A stretch of 64,000 bases of DNA. Origin: Marsupella aquatica (Eukaryota > Plantae > Marchantiophyta). Shown here piece by piece: positions 12,823-27,149 of this stretch; the stretch's first letter is position 1, and each line of letters opens with the position of its first letter. The position numbers and the translations under genes are program-made. The stretch lies in the NCBI GenBank assembly GCA_973895155.1, contig OZ316891.1, forward strand, positions 23,145,884 through 23,209,883, given 5' to 3'. The notes beneath the pieces were generated by a model. It saw only the letters and a list, made by a program, of their open reading frames with translations. It was not told the DNA's origin and did not search any database.

Positions 12823-15329
12823 ATGGAAGTACATGTGAGTGAAACGGGTAGAACAATAATAGAAAGACTCTATAAGTGATGATGATAACTAAACATGAAA
12901 ATGGTGGTATGTGGTTTCAAACATACCTTCTGACATGCCAACTACAGAAGTATATTGGGATGTTAGGAAACACTGCTTGTAAGGCACTAACTTCAGCCTG
13001 AGCGCAGTAGATGATGAAACAACTTGGACTCCAATCCGGTTTGGTCAACAAGGCTCTGTCTCTCACAGCTTGTAAAAATGACCCAATATGTTCTGCTGAC
13101 TCTGACTATTGTATACACCACGCTATGGGTAGTCCCATTTGGTGTTCATCAAATGCAACAAGAGTAAAGAAAGGAAACTGCCATCATAACAAATATAATT
13201 AAGGTTACATGCTAGAACAATAATGTCAGTCAATACAAAAATAAACCAAAACAGTAATGTCATTCAACACAAAAATCAACCATAACGGTAATTCAAACAC
13301 ACGATAACATCACAAAAATGAATAAAACATAATGTAGGAAAGGGACCAAGAGAATTGACCCCATATTTGTTAATTGCAAATGTGGAGTCCGGGGCCAAGA
13401 CCGACCCATGAGACAACTTTGTCATTTGAGCAAGCTGCCAAGGTGATTGGAGTCCAAGCATGAACTCCTGCTTTGGAGGTCCCTCCAAGTACTCATGGGA
13501 AAGAAAAACTCTTTCAAGGTAAAGGCATTTCCATTTCTGCATTGAGGCTTGGTCATTGTCATCCCATAACCACAACTCTTTGTCAATTTTCCTCTTCAGG
13601 TTTTGCAGGTCCTGTTTTGACAAAAGGTCGTCTCTACCGTCAAAGTTTAGTGTGACTTCCATGTCAGTGACATTATGGCCACGATCATCACCATCCCTCT
13701 CAAATTGTGACTGGCAATGTAGGTCATATATGTCAAGGACAGACCACTTTGCCCTGAACAAGTCTTCTAGGTGTTTTTGCAACTCGTTGGTCAGCCATGG
13801 AGCAACACTACACTTTGGCCCCCATGTTGGCGGCCCCATTTCATGCTCCCAAGAACCATGCACTATGTCGCCTCTGAGGTTGCAATGGATTCTGCAACTA
13901 GAACAGTAATAACCACACACAGTTTCAGTGATGTTTGGTGACAGAACAATAACAACATCACATAGTTTCAGTGAAGTTTGATGCCAGAACACACACTATA
14001 TCGCAAATAACTTACTATGATGTGAAGAGTACATGGTGGCAGAACAATAAGGAAAACTCAAACTGGAACGCAAAAATAGAGTCATAGAAGTTCATTTTGA
14101 GTCAGAAGGTAGTCTGTACCTATTACTATAGGTGATTTGAACAACGTCAGGGATCATCTTGAATCTCTTTGCAATGAAGTGGCATTGACAATTCCTTTTT
14201 GCCTGATTGTTGAAGTTCTTTTTGCATAGATGTGGCCTGCTCCCAATTCCTGACTTTGGATGTGTTCCTTGGAGAGGAGGAACACATAGATTGACGTTGT
14301 CTTCTTGCGGGCCATAAGAACACCAGAATATCTTATACTCTACCCAATCTGTGTTCTCAGAATCTGATTTCTTTGAAGTCCTAGTGTAAAAAGATGTCTC
14401 AAATTTAGGATCTCTTTTGCCCTCCCCATCCCTAAAGTCTGTCAGGCGTTCCCAAGGAATGACAGCTTGATTAAGAGTCCAAACAAGTGACAATGCGGAG
14501 AACTTCCTAGGAGGTGGGTCCTAAATCACACCCCCTGTCATGTCCATTGCAACTAGGGTATGTCACATCCAATAACTGTGTGGGACTGGTAGAACGACTA
14601 CACAAACACCATTGTTCTAACACGGTTTACATGGAAAGAGATGACGGAGGCAATCTGTCCCACGATCAATGCTCCTCAATAGTGATAGGGTCCACACATG
14701 CAAAAAGTGCACTGCAACGTTGCCAGTAACCTGATCTTGATCTTCTCTTGCTTGGGGCAGAGGTGCCAAGTACAGAACGTTGAACACTACTGAGGTTCTT
14801 AGTGAAACAAATTAGAACCTAATACGAAAGACATTGTTAACATAATCCGTGGTGAAGAAAAAGTAAAAACATATATGCACCGTGGAAAAACACAATCTTA
14901 ACTGAAAAGGCCAAATCGCATTTGATAGCGCGCGTGGGAGACAAGAAACAAGAGCTCAAGACACACTGCAAACTTCGGGCAGAACGCTCGCGCGCGCTAG
15001 AAAATGATATGACGACAGAACGCACAACGCTGCACATCGAGTATTTCCAGCAACGGGACCACAATGATAACAACTGAGAATGAGAACATGTGACAAAAAC
15101 AGAGGGGGACTGGAGGCCGGGTAAGCGTGTCCCGCGCCCTAAAGGCCGTGAAATTTGAAATGGACGGAAATTTTCCGTCTGACGCCAATCGGGGCTAATA
15201 CGTTTCAAGTGCGCCAGAACGGTGATTGACGGACGCGCGGGCTTGCGGGCAGTAGCATTGGGATTAGTGACGGGCGGGAACGGGGCCCCAAGAAAGCTGG
15301 GGAGCTTTAATGCGGTGTTGATTTAACCC
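12823..15329 (-). mobile_element. Mutator-like element (MULE), interrupted by CACTA element A
   Basis: Transposase pseudogene at 12927-14493, followed by a GC-rich region ending ...gatttaaccc at 15329 (GGGTTAAATC on the minus strand), a plausible MULE terminus. The partner end is not in the window. Confidence 0.55.
12927..14493 (-). pseudogene. MULE transposase of the plant SWIM/zinc-binding (At4g13970/At1g60560-like) family
   Basis: Exons about 14493-14120, 13891-13360 and 13177-12927. Motifs: AVIPWERLTDF..EYKIFWCSYGP..KRNCQCHFIAKR, RDDLLSKQD, DSTFAINKYG|FPFFTLVAFDEHQMGLPIAW, FCSWHVRR. There is an in-frame TAG in exon 3, and the second catalytic Asp reads Tyr (FIIYCAQAE). Confidence 0.88.
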
Positions 15330-17027
15330 ACTGTATCTATATGATGAATCATGAAGTTACTATCTAGAGGCTTCACTTTAGAAGCCTATGCCCCAACTCT
15401 AGCTTGTAGTTGGGGCTTTATAAGTAATATTGTGCTCTTCCGGAATATGCGGAGTTCTGTATATGGAAAGCTCTGTAGCGAATTGTATTGCAAGATATGT
15501 ACTGTAGAGCTTCTCCGCCTGCTGGGCTGCTGTTCTCATCAATCTCGGCGCTCTCTTTGACTCGGCGAATCGTTTTGTCCGTTTCTAATCCTCTCGCTGG
15601 CTGTCTCTTCCTCTCTGGATTGTGGAACGGCGTGTTGTGTCTCAATTGGGCCAGTTCAGTCCCACAGGTCAAGGAGAGAAGTAACGTCACCCTGCCTTCG
15701 TAACATTTGGAAGGTCGTGTGCAGCTCCAAAATTACAATCATTGTGAGCTGATAAGTTGACAGGGAGTTGAGATTTCCGTTTTTTTACGCCATAATGCTT
15801 TCGGCAGCTTTCTCGGAATTAGCCAATCGACACAGTACAAGACAACCAATAGAGCACATTGCGTCGTAGGTTCATCCCTTCGCCTTCCCGACAGTAGCAG
15901 TTATGATTTGCAGGATGGGGTCATGGGGGCCAGTAATGTACGTGTCCAAGATGTGTAGTAGAATGGAGGGGAGATGTAAACCCCTATCAAGTCTTCTCAG
16001 ATAATTCTGAGAAGAGAAAGGGGAGGATGCGAGAGAGCATTGCAAATGCAGAGATCCACAGCCGCTACAAACTGAGAGCCACTCGACATAAAGGGCACAG
16101 TCAAAGTGTTCCTCGTTCAGTTGAGTCGGCTCTTCATTCAGATGACTACGTGAGGGCTCATTTCTAAGGGAAGGCGTCGCATGCGAGGAGGAGCAAGGCA
16201 ATGCTGCTAGAGTTCCTATAAAACAGCATCGTCTTCTTACGAGTTGTAGGATTTACTAGACCTATTTAAAACTCTAGGTTTATTCGGATGGACACTACGC
16301 TCGTTATTGATTCAGTCGATCATTGATTCTCGTCAATGATGCAGATTCTCTGTTGTGAAGACATTCTGACGCTCGAGGCAAAGGCAGTCAAATTTCTCTG
16401 GAAACGGACACTTGCTAGTACAGCAAAGTAATGTGGAGCTAACAGCTGCTTCGAAGATAGTGCCCTACGTATGCTGGCTCCTCGGGGTTCAAGGCAAGTT
16501 GACGCACTGGTCAGTACAGATTTGCTCGACTAGGTGATCCATGTTGGGTCTTCCGCTACTTTCTGGTGGATGAGCTGGAAGTAGCGTCTGTCAAATTTGA
16601 TAAGAGTAAAGCCAAATTTGCGATACTTTCACTCCCTTCCTGGCCATCGAGTTTTTTTGCGGCTACCCTTTCGCGATAGCGAGAATTTAAGGGGCACCTT
16701 GCAACAAGTATCTCTGCAGGAAGGTTAAATTTAGTGGCCACAGCCAATTTTTGCCAGAGGAATGTGTGGTGGCGAGAGTTTTCACAGGGATAATACAGAG
16801 TCCGTACGTGATGCAAAGAAACAATTCTTACGTGAGAAGAGTAAGGTAGCAGCCTGATTACGCGCGAAATAGTCAAACAACCTTTGGTTACATATTTAGG
16901 ACTTGTTATTCCACAATCGGGTACGAGGTCGGGGAAGGGGGAGGGGAAGAGAAGAAGGACATACAATAAGACACCACCCGTTTGCTCTGGCGGCCTTTGC
17001 TGTGCTGCCCAGAGGAATTAGGACGCC

Positions 17028-20000
17028 ATGGACCCATCCAGGGCATTCATGAAGGATGTGAGGCGTGTCGTGGTGAAGGTGAGCAAATGTGCAGTCCTTT
17101 CTTGTGTAGTTGGTTTGCTCTTGTTTCTATGGAATTATATGTTGAACCAGACACTGTCCATCCGAACATACTCTTTGTAGGCTGTCAAGTTTTTGAGCAA
17201 ATGGGCGTGTCTATGGCGAATGCGGGTTGGGTGGTAGTCTCGTGAGTTCTGGCTCCGCCCGTGATTTGCTTTCCAAACGATGATCACCGAATTGCAACTT
17301 TCGCCACTGTATGATTATTTTCTTAGTCCCATTTTCAATTTCAAACTCGAAATTCTGATTCTAACCCCTAACCTGAATGATGATCAGGTGGGCACTGCTG
17401 TTGTTACACGATCTGACGGCAAGCTTGCACTGGGGCGCCTTGGTGCTGTGTGTGAACAGGTCCGTCATAGTATATGGCTCTCCAGTACTCAACAGTTAGT
17501 TTGGTGCATTTTCATTGTGGTGGCAGGCTGTGATGAAAGTATTTATTCGAGTACAGTAGCGGAAAGCTCAAGCTCATGCATTGCCCGAAACTGTTTACCC
17601 AAGCGAATCTATAGGGGTCCAGCAACCAAACCATGAAAACATTATTATCTCGGTGTCCGCATCTTCTACGCCGTGCTCACTTTGGGAACTGAAGACGAGT
17701 TTCTCTGATGAATCTGCAGCTGAAGGAGCTTCTACAAGATGGAATAGAAGTCATATTTGTTACTTCGGGAGCAGTTGGTGTGGGAAGGCAAAAGCTTCGT
17801 CATCAGCTATTAATGAACAGCAGGTGTGGTTTCAGTAGGACGTGCACTTGCATCCATAGGTTTCCTGGCAGCAATAGTTCTCCCAGGGAGATACTCATCA
17901 TAGCAGGATAGGCAGGGCCCTTTTTCTTTTACGGAGTCGAGCTGCAAACACAATGTGACGATGTAGAGGAGACTTGAGGGATGCTGAAATGCTTGCTTGG
18001 CAATGCATCCTTGGATCAGGGTCAAACACGGAAATGTTTCACAGACCTCAGACAGAGGGTGGAAAGATTTGTAATTTTTGGAGGGGCAATTTGGCAATAG
18101 TCCTCTTTGGCCCTGTTTTGTTGTTTGCAACCTATTTTGACCATTTAACGAAGTGTAGAATGCCTTTCTCCAGATGTCCTGATTTAGCATCTCGATAGGG
18201 CAACAGCTATGGCGTTGGTTAATACAAGTGCTATCTTTTGTGGCAGTTTTGTTGACTTGCAGAAGCCACAAAGAGATTTGGATGGGAAGGCATGTGCTGC
18301 AGTGGGGCAGAGTGGGCTTATGGCTCTGTATGATCACCTTTTCAGCCTCGTAAGTCGTATATCTTGCTTTACATCAAAATGCTCGAGTGCTCCTCTTCTA
18401 ATGCTAAAATGTGTTAAACCATAATATTGCGGTATATTTTTCTCGTAGCTAGTTTTTTTGGGTGGTGGTCGTTCATTCTTCCAGCTGATATAGGTGTGGG
18501 GGAGAGGTTGTTTTTCACGCTTTTCACATCTTCTTTGACCGGCTCTGTAGATTCCCGAGTCTGCTTTCCTTAAGGCAGCTGTTTTGTGTGTGCAGTTGGA
18601 CGTGGCATCAGCACAGCTTCTGGTCACCGATATCGACTTTCAAAATCCTGATTTTAGAGCACAACTATCTGAAACAGTCTTCAATCTACTGAGTCTGCGA
18701 GTAGTACCAGTTTTTAATGAAAATGATGCTGTCAGTACGAGAAAGGCACCTTACAAGGTTTTTGTTAATCTTTTCCTTGGTTCGCTGATATTATCGGCAG
18801 TGGGCCTTCCAATTCACTTAGGCTGTGTAGAACCTGCTGAAAACAGGGCAAGAATACCGAAAAGCAGATTGGTGTTGAACGTATCCTGCATTGGAACTCA
18901 GCAGTGAGCTGGTGGAAGGTGATCAAAAGGGTGGAGTTAGAGCATTGCATATAGTCAGTAATACAGTCTATTGGCGAATTTTATCATCCAAGTTGTGCCT
19001 CTGAGTGTTAGGTGCACTAGAAGTTCTCATTTCTTGTCCTTCATGCATGTCTGTAACTCTGGAGATTTTTGTGTCACTGGCATGATAATTCTTGCTTGTT
19101 ACAGCTAAGTTAAAAATAACCTGTTTTATTGGTGTGTGTGCAGGATTCTGGTGGAATATTCTGGGATAATGACAGTCTAGCAGCCTTGTTAGCATTGGAA
19201 TTGAAAGCAGATCTTCTTATTCTTCTCAGTGATGTTGAAGGTCTCTACACAGGGCCTCCAAGCGACCCCAAGTCAAAACTCATTCACACCTACTTAAAAG
19301 AGAAGCACGATGAGATGGTTACTTTTGGAGAAAAGTCCAGAGTCGGACGAGGTGGAATGACAGCAAAGGTTTATGCGGCTTGGAACGCAGCATCTGTTGG
19401 TATTCCGGTGGTGATTACCAGGTGACTCGCGCCCCTGGTAGCTTATGACTGACGAGTCCGTCGTGGATGTCCAGAAAAGTCTATGATCTGTGAATTTGCT
19501 GCTCCCAGGTGCCTGGCAATGGCACTGCACCCCAGCATAGGGGTTGCGATTTTGTCGTGGCCAGGAAGATAAAGTGCAGATTGCATAAGGTCCTTGTTTC
19601 TGTCTTGTTACCTCGAGGATTACAAATGTGCTGATGGATTGTTGGTGCAGTGGATGTGCCACAGATGTCCTTCGTCGTGTGATGCAAGGCGAGAAAATTG
19701 GTACTTTGTTTCATCAGGATGCAAAGCAATGGGTTTCACTAAATTCAAGTGGGGCACGTGAGATGGCTGTTGCTGCTCGGGATGCAAGTCGTCGTCTTCA
19801 GGTACCTGTTGCCTTCTCCTTTCTGCCATATTTGGACCGAGTGAATGGTCCAAACTTACACAGCCACAACCTTTAACTTCCTCCTATTCACCACATTGAC
19901 TTTCCCTCTCAAAATTCACAGAGTCTTTCTTCAGGGGAACGTCGACAGGCTCTACTGGATGTTGCCAGTGCCTTACTCGAAAACGAGGAGCTAATCAAGG

Positions 20001-23000
20001 CTGAAAATGAGATTGATGTGCAAGCTGCTCTTCAATCTAAGATCTCAGCATCACTCATTGCACGGCTGACCATTAAACCCGGCAAGGTACCCATGAAAAG
20101 GAGTTTATGTGCCCTTGTATCTTTCAGGCTTACGTGCTGTGTTCATATCACGGCTGGGGTTACACCTATCGATGCCCTCTATATTGCAATTTTCCATTGA
20201 CAGGTGGTTCGATATATTACACTGAAGTGGACTTCGTTGTTGGTCCTTTTTGACAGATTTCCAGTTTGGCGAAGTCGATCAGAGTTCTTGCAGACATGGA
20301 GGAGCCTATTGGCAAGGTTTCGCAAAGGACAGAGGTTAGAATACAGTACCGCACTTTCACTTTGAATGGATAGAATTACGGAGCCAGCTTTTCTTGCAGC
20401 TTTAGGGTCAAGACTATTGGTCCTGTAAAGTGTTCTGTTGTCTCTCTTTCCGTGTTTAAACGAGAAACATTTTGCAGTCACTATTTTAACATGAGTTTCA
20501 TATCTGTCTCTGTCTTCTTCCAGGTTTCTGAAGGCTTGATACTGGAGAAGACGACTTCCCCTTTAGGCGTTGTACTGGTTATTTTCGAGTCACGACCTGA
20601 GTCTCTAGTGCAGGTACAGTTAACATTTTTAGTCTCTAAATACCGTTCTAGTAATCGTTTAGCTATCACATAAAGCGCGGTGAAAAAATAACTGTTTGAG
20701 AACTGCACCTTAACGCGTTGGTGGCGACCTAATGTCTTATCAAAAATAACATTCAAAGCTGTGAAGCATTTTCTTCTGAGAGCCAGTTCTCGAGATCCTG
20801 GTTACCGGACTTCTAATCCATGGGGACTGATAAACTTTACAGATTGCTTCACTAGCCATTCGGAGTGGTAATGGTTTACTCTTGAAAGGAGGAAAAGAGG
20901 CATCTAGATCAAACGCTATCCTGCATAAGGTATCCCGCTATGATACTGCACTTTTAACCCAACCATCTTTTCCTGTATAGTACATTGTTTGCACCTCTAG
21001 CTCGCGTTGAAGCAGTGTTCCGAAGAAATGGATATGATGTACCTTGAATGGAGTTTTTTACTGTTTAGTATGTCGCAGGTTATTACTCAAGCGCTGGCCA
21101 AATCCGCGGGCCCAAAGCTCATTGGTCTGGTAACTGGCAGGGATGAAATACCTGATCTTCTCAAGGTACAGCCAGGGTTGACGAATCTTGTTTACCACCT
21201 CCCTTTGAAATGCAAACCCTGAAAATAAAATAATAGGCAGCCGGTCCAGCAATGCATCTTGTCCGGTAAAGTCATATCTTAGTTCCGGAAAGTTCGTTTG
21301 GTAATGTCACGATGCTATGATCTTCTGATGGGCTTGCTTTGCACACTCAGTTGGATGATGTTATTGACCTGGTGATACCAAGGGGCAGCAATGCACTAGT
21401 TGCACAAATCAAAGCAACAACGAAGATCCCTGTACTTGGCCATGCTGGTTAGTTTACTAGCAAACACATGTACAATTTTCTGAACGCTTTACTATTTGAT
21501 ATCCTCGCGTGCTTGGAATTTGTAATCTGGCTCCATTTTTGTGTGGGAGGTACCAGCAAACTGTTAATGTACTCTCTCTGGCCACCATTTCTTTGGTTAC
21601 GGATGCTTCGTTAGGATGACTGAAAGAATGTTGGAAATTCTTCCTGACCTGTGGAAATCAGTAGAGCTAATAATATGAGATCTCGGTGAAACAGATGGAG
21701 TATGCCACGTGTACATAGATAAAGCTGCAGATATAGAGATGGAAAAAATAATAATTTTGGATTCTAAAGTTGATTACCCAGCTGCGTGCAACAGCATGGT
21801 ATATTTTCCATTCCAGGCCTTCAGAGCAGAGTCGGCGATATTCTGCCTTACTGAAATGTTTGCATGATCTGGCCCGACCTTAACAGCAAATGCGCATAGT
21901 TTGCCCACAAATTGATCTGTGATATGTCTGCAGGAGACACTGCTTGTACATGAATCGTTGGTGGGGAATGGAAGCTGGGAGAAGCTTGTATTTCGCTTAC
22001 AGGTAGCAGGTGCGATTATTAGTCTACTTCTATGAAATTTGATCGTTATCACCATGCTTGTGTTTATTTATTTATGTTCTCTTGGGCAATGTTTTTGTCA
22101 TCTACTGACATCGCTCATCATGACAAACGACAGGAGTAACAATGTACGGGGGACCACGAGCAGTAGAAGTCCTGAAACTTCAAAAGGCTGATAATCTTCA
22201 TAAAGAGTATAGCGGGCTTGCTTGCACTGTAGAGATTGTGAAGGACGTGGATGCAGCTATCAACCATATCCATGAGTTTGGCAGGTGAGTAAAGCTGTGC
22301 AGTAGAAATTGTGGTCTTATGTTGTTTGGATGAGCTACTATCGCACCCTCTTTGCCTCAATCAAGCATTTTCAAAGATGCATACTGGCAAAGTCATTGAT
22401 TTGGCTCGGCTTTGTTGTCCGGTAATCTTTATGGAAGCAAGTTTAGCACTATCTATAGGCAGTGAAGGATCTTGAAACTGCTCAAGACTAATTATATTCG
22501 TTTGGTGGTCGCAGTTCTCACACCGATTGTATTGTTACAGAGGACGATAAAACTGCCGAGATATTCTTGCAGAAAGTGGATAGGTGAATCATCTAAGTTT
22601 GTCGTTTGATGAAAGGCATTGAGTGTGGTTGACTCGGGTGATTCTTATTTGTTGACTTGGTGCTTGTCAAGCTTAGTGCTTTCCTGGTCAATATCGCTTC
22701 TGCTGCTGGTACTATCCTTCTATTTTTCTCGTCTCACACTATTCAGACTATATTGCAACCGAGATGTGTACCCTGAAGCTGGTATTGGATTCTTGCTTGC
22801 AGTGCTGCAATCTTCAGGAATGCAAGTACAAGGTTTTGTGATGGGGCTCGGTTTGGGCTTGGAGCTGAGGTTTGTGACACGGATGGACCTCTTTTTCCTT
22901 CAGTATACTTCTTGGTTTGTACGAGATGATTTTCTTACAAGATTGGACTCAGAACTCCACTTTACACTTTATTTCTCAGGAAGTTCGTACATCCTATTCC

Positions 23001-23654
23001 TATGTCGTCCGCTTCGGTTATTGGAAATTGTGGAAAAGATCGGTACAAATGTTTAAGTAAATGTTCTCAACGTTTAGAGCAAGCGATGATGCTGCCCCGT
23101 CTTTTGACAGGTTGGCATCAGCACAAGTAGAATTCATGCTCGTGGTCCCGTAGGGGTGGAGGGACTTCTAACCACCCGATGGTAAATTCAGAACCTCATA
23201 ACCCATCTTCTTCAAGAGCTTGCCACATGTTTTGTCATGTGGTTTAACAATAGTGATCATGATGTTGATACCCAAATGTGTTGCAATTTGTGAGTAATCA
23301 TAATGCTACTTTTTAACCTTTGTATCACTATGGGCACCCAATTTACATTTTACTTGTCTCTCTAGTATAGTCATTCGTTTATTCTGGTGGGGAATGATTT
23401 GTAAGCTATCTGGAGCTTAAATGGTTCTGTCGTATTCCAGGTTGCTGAGAGGAACCGGGCAGGTTGTGGATGGGGACAAAGGCGTAGCCTACACACACAA
23501 GAAGTTGCCTTTGGAGGATGCGGTAGAGGAGAACTGCGAGCCTAAATTAGTTGAAGGTGTACACAGGTCGAGCAATGGAAATGGTCATATTACTGAACAT
23601 TCATCTGGTGTCTCGAACTCTTCACACTTAAGTAACGGGGTGTCTGCTGCATAA
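17028..23654 (+). CDS. P5CS: Delta-1-pyrroline-5-carboxylate synthase (gamma-glutamyl kinase + gamma-glutamyl phosphate reductase), 20 exons, 758 aa
   Basis: Exons 17028-17078, 17388-17459, 17720-17823, 18247-18349, 18596-18757, 19144-19421, 19651-19801, 19922-20086, 20257-20334, 20524-20613, 20843-20929, 21079-21165, 21351-21447, 21695-21798, 21934-22009, 22134-22284, 22515-22583, 22803-22869, 23111-23181, 23441-23654. All introns are GT-AG and the CDS totals 2277 nt in frame. Motifs: [70 protein letters not shown]. Confidence 0.98.
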
Positions 23655-25225
23655 GGAGAACTTTGTGGCTCAAGAAAGTATTGATCTGACAAGTTGGTCA
23701 AGAGTTATATCTTCTTATTGTAGCAACTCTTGGGAAAATTAAGGTTCAATGTTGGCAGCCTAAAGATTTATTTCAAAAAGAGTTTCTTTGGCTGCCGCTG
23801 AGGAAGCTACTACCCTGAGCTTTCGGCCATTCTACTGGTCATGTTAAGTGATTTATTGAGGTCCGAGTACCGGTCGGATTGAGGACCTCCTGTCTCCCGT
23901 AGTGTATGAAGGAATAATGGCCCGAGCACAGATGTGCACCATAGGATACAGGTGAACTGCAAATTGCGCAAGAAGAAGTTGTGTGCAGCTTAAAACTGGG
24001 CATTGAAATGAACAGGTAGCCAGTTGAGTGACATTCTCTCTGGGAGGCCCGGAGGCCCGGAGGACAGAAGCTGACTGGTTGTTAGCTCGACTGAATATGG
24101 GAACCCGTGGTAAACAGGCTTCTAGCTTCTTAAAGTTCAGCAGTATGAACTGTACTAAACTTTCCTTGCTGAGAACTGGGGCTGATGTATTTAAAAAATT
24201 CTACGTTGTGGGACGGGGCCACTCTATTTACTCACGTTTTGTGTACAATTGCAACTTTGCAGCTTTGCAAAACGAGTCTGTTGTCTACACTGCGATAGGA
24301 TTGTTTTGTTTTAAACGTTCTTGTGGGATTGTTGGATAGGCTGACCCAGATGAACATGCTGGCAGGTTTTGCCCCAAGATCGAGCTGAATAGTAGAGATA
24401 GTTATTACTCCATGTTGCAATTTCTCCTAGATCGCCTTGGCTTCTCCAGGATGGCGTGCTAAGTATGAATCTGTAGATTGTACTTACAAAGGCTCTTAAT
24501 CAGGCTTTCTGTATTTTGCGATACACAAGTTCAAATTTCAATGACCAAGTGAAATGAGCTTCCCCTGCAAGTCTTGTTCATAGACTTAGCCTGTCTGTGG
24601 TTCCATCTCTTCTTGCTGTGGATGTTCGGTTCTTTACCGATGGATGAAGTTGTTGGATCGTGAATTTCTTTGTTTCATTTGCCGACTGTTTGCCGCAAGT
24701 ACATGGCCTCAAGTCTTAACTCACCAATTATTTACCGCGAAGTACATGCTCTCAACTACCTACACTCACATATTTTGTGTACCAAAAAATCTTTGATACT
24801 TGGGATGCGACTTCATTTCTTACATGTCGTTAACTCTGTACACTAATATTTGATCCCTTTGGTGGAAGTCATAAGACAGGCTAATATACCTAAGCTCCCC
24901 TAAATTAATAGAAATTGTTGTTTTCTAATTGCCAAATAATTGTATGAAGATTTCTCGGAGGTATAAGCTTGGAAACGTTTTCTGTGATCTCCAGACCTAA
25001 CTTTTCGCTCATAGATAAGTCCGAAGCTCACATGGGATCTCTGAAAATGATTCAAATGTAGTCCACTTTTGGTCATGAGGGCAGAAAAAGCTGTCAAGTA
25101 CCACACCTAGCTACCTTAATTCTCGATTGCCTTGCATGACCTACTTACATCAAATCAATTAATTCAACTCGGTTGACTTCACTGAATGGGCTTACTGAAT
25201 CCAATGAAGTGCTTTCAATGAATGG

Positions 25226-25357
25226 ACTGCATGGTATCAAGATGAAATTGTGGATGTGACATCAAATCACTACTGCATGGTATCAAGATGAAATTGTGAA
25301 TGTGACATCAAATCACAACTGCATTGTATCAAGATGAAATAGTGAATGTGATATCAA
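25226..25357. repeat. 46-bp tandem repeat, about 3 copies
   Basis: actgcatggtatcaagatgaaattgtg.atgtgacatcaaatcac starts at 25226, 25272 and 25318. Confidence 0.9.
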
Positions 25358-25856
25358 GACTTGTTGAGAGGAGAGGGGAGAAGAAATAGAGATAAAATCA
25401 AGAACCAGACAGAAACCATCTGCACGAAGTAGAGGACAAATATAAGTCGAGAGCAGTAGCGAGAATAAGGCTGGGATGAGGAATAAAATAGAAGTTTGTA
25501 GGAAGAGAAACTGGCACAGTAGGAGACTCGAATGTGGTGAAAAGAAACCGAGTTACCCATACAACAATGTATCAATCGATGCACTTCCAAGGAAACAGGC
25601 TCCGAAAGAACAGCACTGGTTGACGCATATAGAGAAGGACTGTGCGCGTTCTGGCATTTGAACGTACATCGACGTGTGAGGTACGCCTAGCGCTGGCAAC
25701 CAAACATTAAGCGTGATTCGCTACCTACAAAGAACACTGGCAAGAACCCATAGATTGCCTGAGGAGACGGTGCAGTTCGACCAAGGCGGTATCAAGCAGA
25801 GCTCGAGAGAAATAATTCGAGAGAAGCATTCATGAGCGCTTGAGCTCTGGCTGGCT

Positions 25857-27149
25857 ATGGTGGATCATCAGCACCAGAGCGAGGCGGCATCCTTGCCCCT
25901 TGCAGAGCCCGAGCCCCGGAAACCTAGCGCAAAGGCCTCGTTGTCGTGCCTTCCATGCATGGATGCACTGTGGTTCTGCTACTGTGAGCCTCCTCCATTC
26001 CAAAATTTATTTCCTTGCTTGTTTGCAACAGTCTTCGATGTGAAATTTGTTGCTGTCATGGATATAGCCGATATTATCGATTTGCGATCCATTTCTTTCT
26101 TCAAATTTAGGAAAGCTCGGTTTGGATTCTGTGTAGTAAGTAATCTTCCACAAAACTGTCCTCTCCTTCGTTTTGTGGGCTTCTCTTTGTTTTGAAATTC
26201 GTACCTCCGTAGAGCTGAACTCTCCCTCTGTCCTTCCGTACAGCAGTGGAATAGAATTTTTGATTCCGTGATCTTAAGAGCTCCTTTCCCGTTTTTACTG
26301 TTTGGACTTGCATCCTAGACCCTAAACTGTTACGTTTGTGTGGTCAAGTTTCAGCACTGTGTCGCTGCCTGTACTAAAACTCTTGCTCACTTTCGTAGAA
26401 TTACGTTAATGTACTAACTTGGAGTTGCACAGAATTTCGCCATATGTTTGATCTCCTTTTTTGCTTAACTCATGGAAATTACAGCTACGCACTTCTGCAT
26501 CTCTCTTGATTCCTTGCCAGTCTTAGGTCGAGGGGAATAGTTGTGGTGGTTACATCGAGGTCGTTTGAGATTCGAACTGTTGAATGTGTCCTCAAGGGGA
26601 ACTTTCTGTCTATTCTTTCTCAGCGTGTTGACATGGTGTGGGTTTGATTGAAGCTCCTGTTTACCAGATGAAGCAGTATTACAGGGATGGAACGTTTGAT
26701 AGCTGCGGTGGGAAGTGGGGCGATCTTTTCAACTGTATCTCCTTGAAGACTAAGTCTGCTGCAGACGTTGAGGTATTGCAATTTGCTTTTCAGATGATTT
26801 ATTGGATTGTTGTCAAGATCTTGCTCCCAACTCTGTCTAGCTTTGCCGTGGTTCACTGCTGTGTCTTACCCGAGCCAATCGTTCCCAAAGATTGGATCGA
26901 TAAGCACCCGCGCTGATTGTCTCCAAACAACTTCATACCCTTCTGAGTCTAGATCTATGTGCTTATTAGGCCCTCTTGAGATTTATATGATTTGCTCGCA
27001 TTCTTTATCAACGTGGCGTGGTAATGCTGGACCAGGCTATATTGAAGGAGCGGGGAGCAGCAAAGGAGAAAGAACATATTTGGAAATATAGGACAGAGGA
27101 GGAAGCAAGTGATCATTGGAAGCAGGAATTTGGACATTTACAGAAATGA
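25857..27149 (+). CDS. DUF3128 (Emi1/C22orf39-like) small twin-CX9C protein, 3 exons, 119 aa
   Basis: Exons 25857-25983, 26654-26772 and 27036-27149 (360 nt). Sequence: SCLPCMDALWFCYSPVYQMKQYYRDGTFDSCGGKWGDLFNCISLKTK..HIWKYRTEEEASDHWKQEF. Confidence 0.9.
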
